DNA of 64,000 nt from Lepidodermella squamata (taxonomy: Eukaryota; Animalia; Gastrotricha), in NCBI GenBank assembly GCA_047495785.1, contig JBLDXI010000001.1:558001-622000 (forward strand). Direction: 5' to 3'. The notes under the pieces were generated by a model. That model had not been told where the DNA came from. It did not search any database and saw nothing but the letters and a program-made list of their open reading frames with translations. Of the stretch, positions 22,319 to 36,002 are shown in pieces; position 1 is the first letter of the stretch; every line of letters begins with the position of its first letter. The position numbers and the translations under genes are program-made.

Positions 22319-23689
22319 ATGAAAAGCATCTTGTTGATTTTGTTGCTGACAATATTAGGCAGTTCGGCTGCCTTGGATACGCCCGCCGAAACCGACCTAG
22401 AAGGTATAATATGGCATCTTATAGCAGCCTTCTCATGCTCGTCTTTTTCAAGGTGAAACTACGGCGAACATCCATGATGTCAGATCAAGCGGTGATTCTG
22501 AAAGGTGGTATTCGAATCCTAATAACGGCTATCAAGGTGGCATAGACGGTTATCATTACCAGCCCAATCCTCAACCGAACAGTGATAGCGATGGCGAGGA
22601 CAACAGCAAATCTATTAACCGCCCTAAAAAATTTCGATGTGGCCAGTCGATTCTTCGATCCGAGGATAGAATCGTCAACGGTAGCGCCACAGCGATCGAA
22701 AATTGGCCATGGCAGATTTCTCTCAGGCGCTATGGCGTCCATATATGCGGCGGCACCCTAATCACTAGGAGGTTTTAAAAATAAGCCGAATTAAAATATT
22801 TTAACCTATTTTCCGGTTTTAATAGTTTCGTGCTGACAGCTGCTCATTGTTTCAAAGCGGGCAGGTTAGATTTGAAAAATTGATTCATTCATAACTTGCC
22901 CAGGAAAATCGAAAATTTTACAGAGAGCCGTTTGACTACAAGATTTCTCTCGGTAAGACGAGGAAAAGTGGCAGCGAGTCCGAGCTCGGCGAACATTTTA
23001 GCGAAGTCGCCAGCATTCACATTCATCCGCAGTACAACAAACCGCCTTATGATAACGATGTTGCTCTGGTTCGGCTCGCTCAACCGATTATGCAGCCGAC
23101 AAAGTTAGTTGGGAATCTCGCTTTATAATCGCCTTAGTGTAAATTTTGTTTCCGACCATAGTAAAATTTACCCGATTTGCTTACCATGGCCGAATGACAA
23201 AGTTCCAACCTCATCAGCTGATTGCTTCATCACCGGCTACGGCGATACGAAGAATACGGGTTTTGATGATCAGCTGAAAGAGGCGAAAATCAACATTTTG
23301 AGCCGAGAGCGATGCTTAGGGCTCGATAGTGACTACAAGAAATACCTGACCAGCAACATGGTGGGTTTTAATGACCCAGTGAATCATCACATTTTTATTG
23401 CTTCTTCTTACAGTTTTGCGCTGGAAAGTTGGAGGGTGGAATTGATTCTTGCCAGGGCGATTCCGGCGGTCCTTTGGTATGCTACGACCGGTCGCATGGT
23501 GGCGGTTTCATCCAGCGTGGCATCATTTCTTTCGGCTGGGAATGTGCCAAGCGGAACAAGCCCGGCGTTTACGTGAATGTTGCCAAATTTATACCTTTCA
23601 TCAAATCAACGATTCGAGATGCTTTGAAAAAATCACCTTCGATGGTTCTCGCTTCATTTAGTTCACCCGAACATGAAGAGGTCGAATAA
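22319..23689 (+). CDS. Secreted trypsin-like S1A serine protease SP1
   Basis: Signal peptide [18 protein letters not shown]. Activation site R|[28 protein letters not shown] (Asp189), KPGVYVNV. Confidence 0.92.
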
Positions 23690-23815
23690 TTGTTTTTCTC
23701 TTGTTGCTATAATAAAACGGCCTTAACTTTGTTATAATTCTTTTTTATTGAATAACATTGCGATGATAAATTACAAGGTGAAATCACTCAGTGCTGGCAA
23801 ATTAAGTCGCGTCTT

Positions 23816-24308
23816 TCAACCGGACATGGCTGACATGGGCTTATTGAACATGTGGGGGAACGACCACGGCATTGAGTTGTGACGGCGGTGGTGGAACGGG
23901 CGCTGATGGTGGAAAACCGGTTTCATCTTGATGATGTTAACGTTGCGATTCTTGTTCTTATCGACTCCGCCCCAGTGGTTGTTGTTGCGCTTGTGATGGC
24001 GGCGGACTTTAACTGGAGCGGATTCGGACGACGAGCGGCTCCAGCTCTGCTTGTAGTGACGCTTGTTGCCTTTGCCGTGGCTACGGCCCTTCGCTACCGA
24101 TCGGTGGCCACGTTTCGGTTCTTCGTCGCTGCCACTGAACAGAAACTCCATTTTTCCTTCTCTGCGTCCAGCTATTTAATTGAAATTAAATTTTAGTAAT
24201 AGAATTACAGCGAAACTAAAATGAAGTACCCTCAACAGAAGATGGCATGTAGCCGAAGACTACAAAAGCAGCGACAAGGCACAACGCGGCGAAATAACAG
24301 GAATTCAT
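23816..24308 (-). CDS. Secreted His/Arg/Lys-rich peptide precursor (2 exons)
   Basis: Exon 1 MNSCYFAALCLVAAFVVFGYMPSSVE is a signal peptide. A GT-AG intron (~24229-24172) joins it in frame to AGRREGKMEFLFSG...MSG. AATAAA lies downstream on the minus strand near 23744-23749. Confidence 0.75.
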
Positions 24309-24544
24309 TTTATTGTAAAACACAAATATTTAATTGATTGATCGAATGACTGGTGAATAGTTCTAGTCTATCCGGGGTTTATAAATAATATCTTTAATTG
24401 GCCCAATTAAATTTCAAAAGATAATGCAACAAATCAATGATGGTATCAAGTTGCGAAGAATTGTTCCCAAGAGCACGAGCCAGTCTAGAGATAATACTTA
24501 ACCCAATAAATTTGACTCCAACCAATTAGGTTAGTAGCTGATTT

Positions 24545-27484
24545 TCACTGACGGCGAGGAAACTGAAAGCAAAAAATTTTAATAAAAAAGTAAACGAAGT
24601 TAAGCGCCTGCATACCTTGACAAGAATACTGAGGCTGATTACGATGAGAACAAGGACAGCGTTTGAGGCGCTGACAATCTCAATAGCAGCCGATGGTAGC
24701 ATAACGCAGATCAGGCCGGCGGCTGATATGATTGGGACCATGCTGTAGAAGCTTGAACAAGTACTTTTCAGCTCTCTGGAAACTTCAGCGGTTGACTTTT
24801 TCTGAAAGAGGAGACAAGTCAACATTAATTTGCGAAAAGTAAAACCTGCCAAATGAATGTTGTAGCACGAGAATCCTGTTCGAAGCATCATTGTTAGTAG
24901 TGATAGGGCGATCAGTATCGTCATAATAACTGCTCCAATGTTGCTTCTCAACGAGAACGAACACACCTTTCGGTAATATTGATAGGTAAGGCTAGACGTC
25001 ATTGATTCAACCTCGTGGCCGATGAAGCTAGCCAGGACTTTAAACGGAGTTCGAACGGTCGGAATGCTGATCAGAATGACGAGTTGAAAAATCGCCCACT
25101 GAATGCCGCTGAAGGTGAGCCAGAAGCGATGGCGAGTTGGGGACGCTGATGGCGCCTGACTACGATTTGCTGAGTATCGGTTCGATCGACTACCGACTGT
25201 AATCCTGTTCGACAAACGCGGTCCGACACTCTGCCTACTCATCGACAGAGTAGAGCCGCTCTTCATCCTGGAAACAGGTTCGCCGTTTCTAACCGTTAGA
25301 GCCATCTCATACAACGGCTGGCGGCTGGTCAATTTCGAGTTGCCTATCTCAATCTTGTTGCAAAGTCCGAGCATAACGAGAGAAAAGCCTACTTCAAGCA
25401 GCACGAACATCGTCGTGCAACTCTCGGCCGAGGATAGAGAAGCTATAGGAATCGCAAAAATTTGACCCATCATAACGCTACATCCCACTAGAATAGCGAC
25501 GTCTTCCCAACTGAACACGACATTTTCAAAGGGAAATGGCATGTGGAGAATCCGGGAAAAACGTCTCCAAGCGGCTAACACAAGCAGAAAAATGCAGGTT
25601 AGCCCTTCCAACCCGGCAAAAGTAACGAGAACTGCGAAGCCATCCACCGAAAAATGGGGCGATTCCAGGTAGACTAGCCTCTTCGAATCCAGCGGGGCCA
25701 GTCCATCTCGCGTCCCCCATCTTATCTTATCATTGAAAACAGTCAACTTGTCTGCATCATTTGATTTGTACAAAGCGATGATATTGTTAGCCTGGCCCTT
25801 GTCTAGCAATTGCGTCAACGTGATAGGCACGTAACCTCGAGTATTTGCTTCAGTTGATTTTTGAAATTCATACTCGCCCTTCAAGCCGGTGAACTTTGTA
25901 GTGAAAACCAACTCCCGCATCATTTCTATTAAATCAGAGCCGTTTCGCTGAAAGTTTTCAGACGATGTGACCCAATCAAGCAGCGTCTCATTTCCTAAAG
26001 TGATAGGCTGAACTCAAACAATTAGGATAAATCTAAGCCACCTACGTGTCCTTAGAATTGCTTCAGTTCGGTTCATAATGCTGGCGGCAAACATAACCAA
26101 ATCGTAATAGATTAGCCGGTAGTAACCCCAAAAACCGCTGTTCTCTGGATCGTCGACTTTCACCTTCATCGCGGACACCCATTCGTAACCGGACATGCCG
26201 CTGTAGTCCTCTTTAACATGAGGGCCAGGGAGGTCAATTAGGGTCAAGTCTCCGAAATAAATTACACTTTGCATAACCTGAAAAGAGTAAATAATGAAGT
26301 TCTAATTTTAGGTACATTTTTTGCTAACCTCGTAAACCATATCAATCGTACACCAATCGGCCTGGTTATCAGGAACGTAAGGTACCGGGTACAAGTCAGC
26401 CCAGTACCACATGAAAATGACGTATTTTGGGCCGTAAATACCGTAGCGATGGAACCAACAAGCTTTACCCGCCGCCCGATCGACGTCCATCAAAAATATA
26501 CGCGCATCCAACGGCATAAGCTCATCGAAAGCTGGCACCATCTCCTCCTCATAGACAAGAGTATGAGAGAATTTGCGCAAGAAAATTATAGAAATATTCG
26601 CGGCTTCGAGTCTGGGGAATAAATTCACTTCCAACTGAATAATTGAATTAGGAAATTAGGAAATTGTTGTTCATGAAATAATTTCAGACCTGTTCGTAGA
26701 GAGTGAAAATGTCACAAAAAATCGCCAACTTTTTCCAACCCATCTTGATAATAAAATTCACTAAAGCTACGTGGGGCATGTCGAAATTGTCGCCCAGTGG
26801 AAAATGCCGCCGAAATCTGGCCCTGTTTTCAGGATACTCTTTGAAGGTTTGAATTTGGGCCAGCTGAAAAACATGAAATCAGCCTGATGATATCCGCTTA
26901 TTCCTAATTTTTACTGATAAATAGTGGAAATAGTTTGGCAGCTCGGCTACGGTTCGAGTGCCAACTCCGGTGCAGCCCATGTGAATAAAAATGGGAAATC
27001 TGTTTTTCACGACGTCACTTTTCAGATACTCAGGCACGATTTCGTTAATGCAAGGCGCGTCGATACACTATTGAAAAAGTGAATTTTATTGTAAGAAAAA
27101 TAATTGAATTGTTGAACTACTTACCTGGTCATCGAACAGCTCGATTGCCAGCTCATAGTCTGGGAGCCAGTTTTTCATAGCTCGCAACCTTTCTAGAGCC
27201 AACTCCATCGACTTACTACCGACCGAGCCTATCGCGATTTCCCCGGAATAGGTGATTGATGCCAAAATTGTTATCAGTGTCTTCCTCCTGGGGTCTGGTG
27301 CCGTTTTGATTGTGCTGGCCATAGCGTATCGCGACATCGGCCAGTTGTAAGGAACCAACTGATTGACAGCTGTAGTCTCGTTAATCGGGATCCAAATAAC
27401 ATTATCATCCTCTTTCAACGGCGTTGAAGCATTGCCAGCGGAGCAGCGATGAATCGCCGCGAAAAATAACAGGGCAAGTATCAT
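24545..27484 (-). CDS. Divergent class C GPCR, GABA-B-like (Venus flytrap + 7TM), multi-exon
   Basis: Signal peptide. ANF-receptor/VFT motifs: MELALE..LPDYEL...DDQC, MGWKKLAI, DARIF, GIYGPKYV, YYDLV, FTGLKG..EF. These are followed directly by hydrophobic TM segments with no Cys-rich domain. Confidence 0.8.
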
Positions 27485-28685
27485 TATAGTCAATTTGCGA
27501 AATTATTGAGAGGAAAAATAGCTCGAATGAAGGAAAAAGAACTCTAGCCACGGAACTTTTCATCATTGGACCAATTTAATTTTCTTGAAAGCATCTTGTC
27601 ATTTTCATCTAATATATCATACAAATTACTTTGCACCCTAATATCAATTTAGAAATGATTGAAAAAGTCGCGATTTTTGAGGGCAATATTGCAGACTTGT
27701 GGACCGCATTAGGAGAGATTAACATTTTACGCCAAAAAAGTATGATTGGTTTATTATGATCGCAGCCTGCACGAAATATTAGTAGCCAATTACTTTATAA
27801 TCGCAAGAATCTGAAAATGTGCCAACTCTTATCAGCTTTTACAGGGTTAAATTTTGTTAAAATTGCTCGTGTTGGTTCACCAAAATATCTATTACCTATA
27901 ATCTAGCGTGGTAAACCTCCCGTGAAATGTCAACTTGGGCGTTCGAACACCTTCATCATCGCAAGCAATTTCTCACGTGGGTTTCATTATTTTATCATCT
28001 CTTCTTATCACATTCAGCGATTTCGTGGTATAAGTGTGTTGCTTCCGATGTATCTTCCGCATCCTGCCTAATAGCAAACATGATAATATTTTCGTGTCGC
28101 GACCTCAGCGTCAATGACTTGTTATAGTGGAATAATTAGAATACCTATGTCTCATTCCTGTCTCGAATAGTGCTGATATCAGACGTCGAGCGTCGTCTTA
28201 CACCCATGAATTTATTATAATATAAATATTACACGATTGCTCAAAATCCTCAGAAACGATAGCTTTCACGAATACCTGGACTACCTACCTACCTATGGCA
28301 AATCCTTTAACGAGCTTGAAATAATTTTACTTCCTTATGTAGGGGAAAATGCAGGGGAAAGGTTAGCTCTCGCTCGAAATTCAACTCAAGGAAATGTTTA
28401 ATGTCTAAGATGAATTTCACTCTAAATAAAAAAAGCAGGTTGGCGCTACCTTAACACCCCGACGCGAATATAGTAAATGGGAGCAGGCTAAGATGGAAAG
28501 ATCTCGCGCCTTCGAAGCCTAGGATAAACTGGGTGATTGATTACCGTTTTCAATTCGATTACGAGCTTCGATTTCACGACAAAACTGTTGAGCAAGACTT
28601 ACGCAACAGCTTCAAATATTTGAATATGAAATATTAGAATCAATACGAATATTTTTAACGTCGTTGCATTATTATTTTCCGAGAA

Positions 28686-30230
28686 ATGGGTGATTTGCGA
28701 ATTGCGCTGTTATTATTAGTAGTTTACCAAAATTCAACGATATGTCTCGTTAAAGCCAGTGATTATGCTGCTGAATACGAACCCGGCGGAACCGAGTCGA
28801 ATTATGGCGATCAGACGCAGCCCTCACGTCCTGTTCAACGAGTTTATATCGAACCAAGCCAAGTAGAAAGCTATGGGCCAGTTGAACAAAGCGTTTCAAA
28901 CGCTGCCGATTACGCAGACGGAGGCCTGCAGCAAGAGGTCGAACAAACCGGGCAACAAATCGCTGAAGATGGCAAGCGAAATTTTTTTTCTTATTAAAAG
29001 TCATAAGAAACAGGGTATTTTTAGCTCAGCCTTTCAGGAGGCCGGTGAAACAAGGTTGTGGCCGGCGAAGCTATGTCAATCCTCTTAGCGGACTCGGGCA
29101 AACTGTATCCGCAGTTGCGAACGAAGCAGGCGAAGACCCTGGTATAAGGAGCTCGTTCAATCTACTAGGGAACGTTGTAATGGCAAGAATTGTCGGAGGA
29201 GAAGTCGCGGAAATCGGTAGATGGCCATGGCAGGCTGCAATTCACATGTCGGGCTTTCACGTGACTGAAATGTTTCAAAATTATAACAAATTAAATTTAG
29301 ACGATTTTATTTCAGATTTGTGGGGGCAGCCTCATTGACTCGATGCATGTAATCACGGCAGCTCACTGCTTTCAAGCTTCGAAGTAAGAGATAATTTTCC
29401 ACTTTTATGCCGAATTATCCTTTCAACGCCTCAGGGACCCACGTTCGTACACTATTTTCCTGGGTAAATCAATCAAAGCTGAGAATGAAGTCGGTGAGGT
29501 TCGCCGAACTATAGCTGGCATGGCGATTCATCCGCGATACGGTGAGTCAATAACTTCTAATAGCCCAACCAAATTTATCCACAAATTTCAACTAGATAAG
29601 CCGAGGAAACACGATTCCGATATCGCCATAATTCGGTTGAATCGAGCCGTTCAATTCTCGTCAAAAGTTTCTCCCGTTTGTTTGCCTCGACCCGGCGAAC
29701 AACTGCCGGATAACACCCCTTGTTTTGTGACGGGATACGGCGAGACAAAGGGCACCGGTGGCGAGGGTTATCTAAAAGAAGCTTCTGTCCCAGTTATTGC
29801 CAACAACCGCTGTAAACGCCTTGGCACAGTCTACGAAACTCTATTGACCGAAAACATGATTTGCTCAGGAGTTTTAGAGGGCGGTATCGATTCCTGTCAA
29901 GGTTCGAAATCGCGAATTTTTTACTCTGATTTTATTATATTGCCTCAGGTGACTCCGGTGGGCCTTTGGTCTGCGAGAGACAGCCTGGCAGTGGTGTTTA
30001 TGTTCTGCAAGGGGTTGTTTCCTTCGGTGAGCGAAAAATAGTATATAAATATTTCGCATATATTTTTCATCTACCACAGGTGTTGGTTGCGCTGGACGCC
30101 GATCACCTGGCGTAAGTTCTTTCAATTCCAATTTTTTGTTCTATGATAATGATGCCAACAGATATACACGCGAGTCGCAAACTTTGTGCCATGGATTACT
30201 CGCCGAAGTGATATGGGCCAATCAATTTAA
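28686..30230 (+). CDS. Secreted trypsin-like S1A serine protease SP2
   Basis: Signal peptide, Q/E/Y-rich propeptide, R|[27 protein letters not shown]. Confidence 0.92.
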
Positions 30231-30658
30231 CAGCTCAATAAATCCTGTCGATTTTGTTTGTCTCCGTTTTATACATCGAACATATGATAGCGGCTAAAAT
30301 TCACGCCCCACATCGTGGCCTTGAATAAATTTTCATTGGAATTATCAATTATTCCTATTATTCCTATATCACACTTTTATTAAGGGCGCATGTACCTATT
30401 ATTGTAAAACAATTTTTGGAGCGGCCTGCGCTAATCGATTTTCCCTCAGCATTCAGCATACGCAGTGCGGAGTTATAATGCATGGGCCAATCTAAAATTA
30501 CAACAAATAAGTTATGGCCATCAAACAGCATCCGGATGTTGAAAATCGAAAATTACCTCCAAACATGCACAGCATAGCACCTGCTAATGCTTTTCCTGAT
30601 CAAAATAAAATATAAGGCACTCAGTTGTCGTCTAATTTCATGCGTTTAAAATTCGAAT

Positions 30659-32936
30659 ATGGCCATGCTGAAATCAAACCTTTACCTTTTAATAATGCTT
30701 CTTTCTGCGGTGAAATTCACCGAATCATCGACAGGAACGTATTTTCAAATGATAAATACCGACTCAACGACTGAAGTGATTGATGACACTCAAGACAACA
30801 TCACTACTCCGACGGCTGATCCCGCTTTGAATCATTCGAAGAAATATACGAGAGCGTCGGTTGATAAATTGGGGAAGATAATTTTGGATCGACAAAGGAC
30901 GTCGGCTGGGAGAAATAATCGGCCGTGCTCAAGCATTGACCGGCAGTCATGCGCAACCACGAAAAAGCAACGCAACCGGTCGCGATTTTTCGACAAGCTA
31001 TTCCGCGACTACGACAAACGCCTTTTCCCCAATAATGACAGTCAGTTGAAATTAAATTTGCAAATTTAAAAAAATTTGTATTCGAAAATAACAGCAATTG
31101 TCGTTGAAGCTTCTCTGTTCGTCAATAGCCTCGACTCAATTAGCGAAGTGTCGTTTGTAAGGAACTTTAAAAAATTCGAATTTCTCATTTTCCGTCTTTT
31201 TATAGGATTACGAAATGGGAATATTCCTCCGTTTGAATTGGGAGGATGAAAGGTTGGCATTCGACCCGGCTGATATCGACGGCGAAGAGCGGCTCGATGT
31301 TTCGACTGCATTGCATGACTTATTATGGGTACCTGATTTGTACATAACGAACGAAAAACGAGCATCTTTCCACATGGTTACGACTCCTAATCGGCTCATT
31401 CAAATCAACAGTGACGGCAGGGTGTTTTACAGCCGACGAATCTATGCGACGATGCACTGTCAAATGGAGGTTTGAAAGAAATGATCAAAATAGAATTCGA
31501 CTATTTTTGAATTTTTGTCATATAGCTGCATACTTTTCCCTTCGATTCTCAATTTTGCGAACTTACATTCGAAAGTTTTGCCTATACGGAAAGGTTCATA
31601 TCGCTAGAATGGACCGATATGCCACTGGAAATGACCCCGATGCTAATCGTGCCTCAGTTCACAATATCGGGAATAAGCTTCGAAAAACTCATTCGAATCA
31701 CACCTCGCGGCAACATTTCTAGCCTCGTAGTTACTTTCACATTTGCTCGAGATGTCGGCTTCTATATCCTTCAAATCTACCTGCCTTCTCTGTTCATCGT
31801 ACTAACGGCCTTTACCGCATTTTGGATCGACCCACTCGCTGTCCCGGCTCGGGTGACAATCGCCGTATTTTCAACGCTAAACATGGCTAACATGTCGTTT
31901 TCCTTGCGGAAGCAACTACCTCTTGTTTCCTACATCAAAGCGATCGATGTTTGGATTTTAGCTTGCATGTTATTCGTATTTCTAGCGCTGGTTGAATACG
32001 CAGTTGTGAACGTGCTGTTGCGCCAAAAAGCGCGCGGCATGTTTCTGCTGTCGATTTTCGAATCAGCAATTTCGGGCATACCGACGGCTTTTACGTTGCA
32101 AATGCGGCAAAGGCGGAGCAGCGTACATCAACGCCAGGGTTCACACGCGTCGACGAGGCCAACTTCGCCAGTCTGCTCGCCCATCGAAAAAGTCATGCAC
32201 ATGTCGGAGATTTGCGAGGATATGCATCACGGCGATTCGCCGCCTGAGAATATGGTAATTTTTTGAAATCGAATTCGATTCAAATCAGGCGCGTTTATTT
32301 CCAGAGAAACTCGCTAACCCGCCGGCGACATGCTTTATTCCGGCAACCGAGCGAAGATGAGGGCGAAGGGAGTGGCCAAAGCGAGCAGTCGAGCGGAAGT
32401 TCTTCGGACGAGGACGAGAGCCATGTTAGCAAGCCAATGAATTTAGTACTCCCGCCTAACAAGGCCGGGCATAGGCCATCGCTTCTCCTTCAATTATCTG
32501 CCCTACAACCAAGAGGCAGCCGTCAAGCTTCCGCTTCCGCCGATGCCGATAACGATGATGAAGATGATTCGGAATCAATTACCGATGACCCAGTTTGTTT
32601 TTCATTAATTTGAGCATTTTAATGTTGTACTGTTTTTCTCAGAACATGTGCACCATGTTTTGCGCCCACATCTCAGTGTTCATGCTCCGATGCCCGTGTT
32701 GGAACAGGTTTTCACGCCTCAGCGGCATTCAGCGTGTTGATCTCGTTGAAACAGCTTGCCGGCGAATTTTCCCGATCGGTTTCGGCTTATTCAACGTCAT
32801 CTACTGGTTTATGTACTGCTATTTCTTGCAGCATTTCGATCACGAGAAAGATGAATCCGAAGGAGGTGAATCGGAATCACCTGAACCGTTTGTTAGCCAA
32901 TTTAACGAAACACATGATCACCTCAATGTCAGATGA
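30659..32936 (+). CDS. Cys-loop ligand-gated ion channel subunit E (most divergent copy)
   Basis: Signal peptide, LWVPDLY, Cys loop CQME|LHTFPFDSQFC, loop B ESFAY, M2 PARVTIAVFSTLNM, long acidic M3-M4 loop, M4 RRIFPIGFGLFNVIYW. Confidence 0.92.
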
Positions 32937-33134
32937 AAAATAAATAACCTGTAACGTAACTTTTAATAAATTTGCCTCTTCGAATCGCGTGGCCGACATC
33001 AGCTTGTAAAATTGCGCAGATGGTGCATGAGATAGCCAAGTTTTAGTCAAGCTCAAAAGATATGTTCATGGTTACATTTTCAAAATTTATCGAGTCATTG
33101 ATTCTCTGATTGTTGCTGAATTATTTCTGTAAAA

Positions 33135-35016
33135 ATGGCTCGAATGCGGGCTTTATTTGCCCCGATTTTATTGTTGGCGTTGTTGTGGTCATTCGCGATA
33201 GGTAACTTGCCCTAGTCGATGAAATCTGGCTGTGATATAATTGAATTTTCGGCCTAATTCCAGCACAATCTGTTGTGTCTCTCAATGACGAGGCCGAAAC
33301 TGAAGTTACCGACGGAGCGAATGGTGAATCGACCGAAGAAACACCGCAGCCGGCGACAGGAGCCAAAAATGACTCAGGTATATGCTTTTCTTTTCAAACT
33401 TTTAAACGGCTTGGGTAAAAACTATTGTCTTCAAGATGAAGCCAGGTTTTTTCTCCCGCCCGGGCTCATGGGAGGCTTTGCCACAGGCTTGGATTCCCTG
33501 ACTGGTGGACAATTAACTGGCGCCGGAAACCTAGTGGGAGGCTGGACAGGCAATGGTGGTTACGGGCAGCCAGGTGGCTACGTTCAGCCTGGTAGTGGGT
33601 ATGTGCAACCCGGAATGGGCGTTAATACAGGGTACATACCACCTGGTAACAACGGCATGTACCCCGGTAACAGTGGTGGTGGTATGAATCCTTACAATCC
33701 TAACCCATACCAGCCGAATCCCTACCAGCCTAATCCGTACCAACCGAATCCTTACCAGCCTAACAACCCTTGGGGCGGTCAGACAGGAGGCGGTGGCTAC
33801 AATCCATCTGGCGGCGGTTACGTTCAACCGGGTGGCCAGCGGCCCGTTCCAGGTGGCCAAACTCAAGGCGGCTCGGGTCTCAACTGTGGGAAAAGAATGG
33901 CTTCACGCTCTTCAAGAGCTGTCCCTATTACGTTTAGCCGAGGAAAGCGGCATCTTTTCAACAAGTTGATGGGCCGCAATAATAATGGCCAAGACATGGA
34001 CGGAGCGTCGCGTTTCTCACCGGATGGCAGCACTGAGGACGGCACTGGACCTACAGAGGATGGCATCGTCCGTATTGTCGGTGGGCGAGAAACGCTAATT
34101 CAGTACTGGCCGTGGCAAGTTAGCCTGCGATACAACGAGGGCCACGTTTGTGGTGGTACAATTGTCAGCAGACGGTATGTATAGAATAATTTTTATGAAT
34201 GAATTTTAAACTGGTATCTCGCAGATTGATTGTTACAGCGACGCATTGCTTCCGTGAAACATCTAGCAATCCATCAGACTGGACTGTCTACGCTGCGAAA
34301 TCGAAGTTGGCCATTGGCGAACCGGGCGAGATTGGGCCACTAGAAGTCCAATCTATCACGATGCACCCCAACTACGGCCGGCTGAAGCGATTCGACAGTG
34401 ACATTGCCCTTGTTTTTCTCAGGCAACCTCTGCAATGGTCAAATCGCGTGTATCCGGCGTGTATGCCGCACCAGGGTAGCCAGATTCCGCAGGGTGTCGA
34501 CTGCTACGTCACTGGTTACGGAGAGACGAAGAACACGGGCGGCGAAGGTTCCCTGAAGGAGGCGATGGTACCGATAATGTCACCCCAACAATGTGGCAAT
34601 ATGAGCCCGCAAGTCAAACGCGAATTGACGCAAAATATGATTTGCGCTGGATTTCCTGAGGGTGGCACTGATTCTTGTCAAGGTGATTCCGGCGGTCCCC
34701 TAGTGTGCCGTGTTCAGAAAAACAGTCAAAACTTTGTTCTCCAAGGCGTAGTTTCGTTTGGTAAGCTTGGTAAGAAGCTTCAATTTTCGATACATTTCTG
34801 ATTTTTCCAGGTTTCGGCTGTGCTGAGAGGAGTAGCCCCGGCATCTATGCCCGACTTGCCAACTATGTCAACTGGATCCAACAAATGCACAAGAGACAAG
34901 GTCGCAGACGCCGCTCATCGCCCCATCCTTACCTTGGCTTCTACGCAATGACCCGGGGACAGGAAAAACCGGAAGATGACGACGTCGAGTTTGCCGAAGA
35001 AGTCGATTTGCTATGA
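33135..35016 (+). CDS. Secreted trypsin-like S1A protease SP3 with Gly/Pro/Tyr/Asn low-complexity prodomain
   Basis: Signal peptide, GGYVQPG and NPYQP repeats, R|[28 protein letters not shown]-terminal extension contains GRRRRS. Confidence 0.9.
33687..33771 (+). repeat. Coding tandem repeat (15-nt unit) encoding NPYQP
   Basis: NPYNPNPYQPNPYQPNPYQPNPYQPNNPW. Confidence 0.9.
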
Positions 35017-36002
35017 TACCTGTCAAATGTCTGTTTAGAATGCCAGAGTAGTACCCCTGGCGCATTTTGTTGAAATTCACTCCATTTTAATCTGCTAGCT
35101 ATACGAACACTGTGTTTTGTACTCAGCTCTACTCTGCACAAACTGACTATTCTAACATGGAATAAAACTGATATTTGCGATAAAATCGGTCTGCTCAGTT
35201 GATGTATCAGCTATTTCATAATGTTGGTACAATATGTAGAAGGTTTATGATATAAGAGAACGAAATAATAAGCGAAAATATGTACCACAAAAATCGGAGA
35301 AAGTGATGATACCAAGGAGATACAGCGAGAGTATGCAAAATATATTCCCTTGCTAAAGAACGCGGAGGCGAACTGCCGTTTGAATGAGCTCTAAGAAGCG
35401 ATTCTGTTGATTTTACTTTCAAACGATCATCACCTTTGCGAAGACACTTTGAACTTGGAGTTCAGTTTAGCCTGAAGATCAATTACAGCCAAATCCAAAT
35501 TACAGCACGAGCCCAATAATTTTTTCTATAAGTATTAGGAGATAATTTGGTCCGATTTTGAGGGAACATAAATGCTGAAGGCTATACAAGTCAATTTGAG
35601 CTACAATTTGAACCTTTCATTTCGGATTCCCAACAGCAATCATAAAAAGTCAAGACATCAAATGCCTAATATTCGAAGTTCAACGAAACCAACTATTTCT
35701 GATCATTTCCAGGAACTTTTATGGATTCTCATCCCCGAGCAGAAATTTTCAATTCGACAGTTTTTAACCTAATGTGACTGACAGGCTTCTAAAAATATAA
35801 AAAGGCCTAGAATTGAAAGGACGCTTGTTTAGATTGAAAAATATTGTTTACAAAAGACACCAGCTGATGTTACGGTCATCGAGTAATTTGCAACAAGTTA
35901 CAGCGGTATCACGCTGTATTGCTCGTTATAGACTTGCTCCAAAATTTGTACGAGAAATCGTAAATAAACGAAAAAGCATACATCTTTTTGAACTGACTCA
36001 AG

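Noticed and set aside
33687-33771. Regular short repeats considered as a CRISPR-like array
   Set aside because: They are in-frame coding repeats without unique spacers, in a eukaryotic gene.
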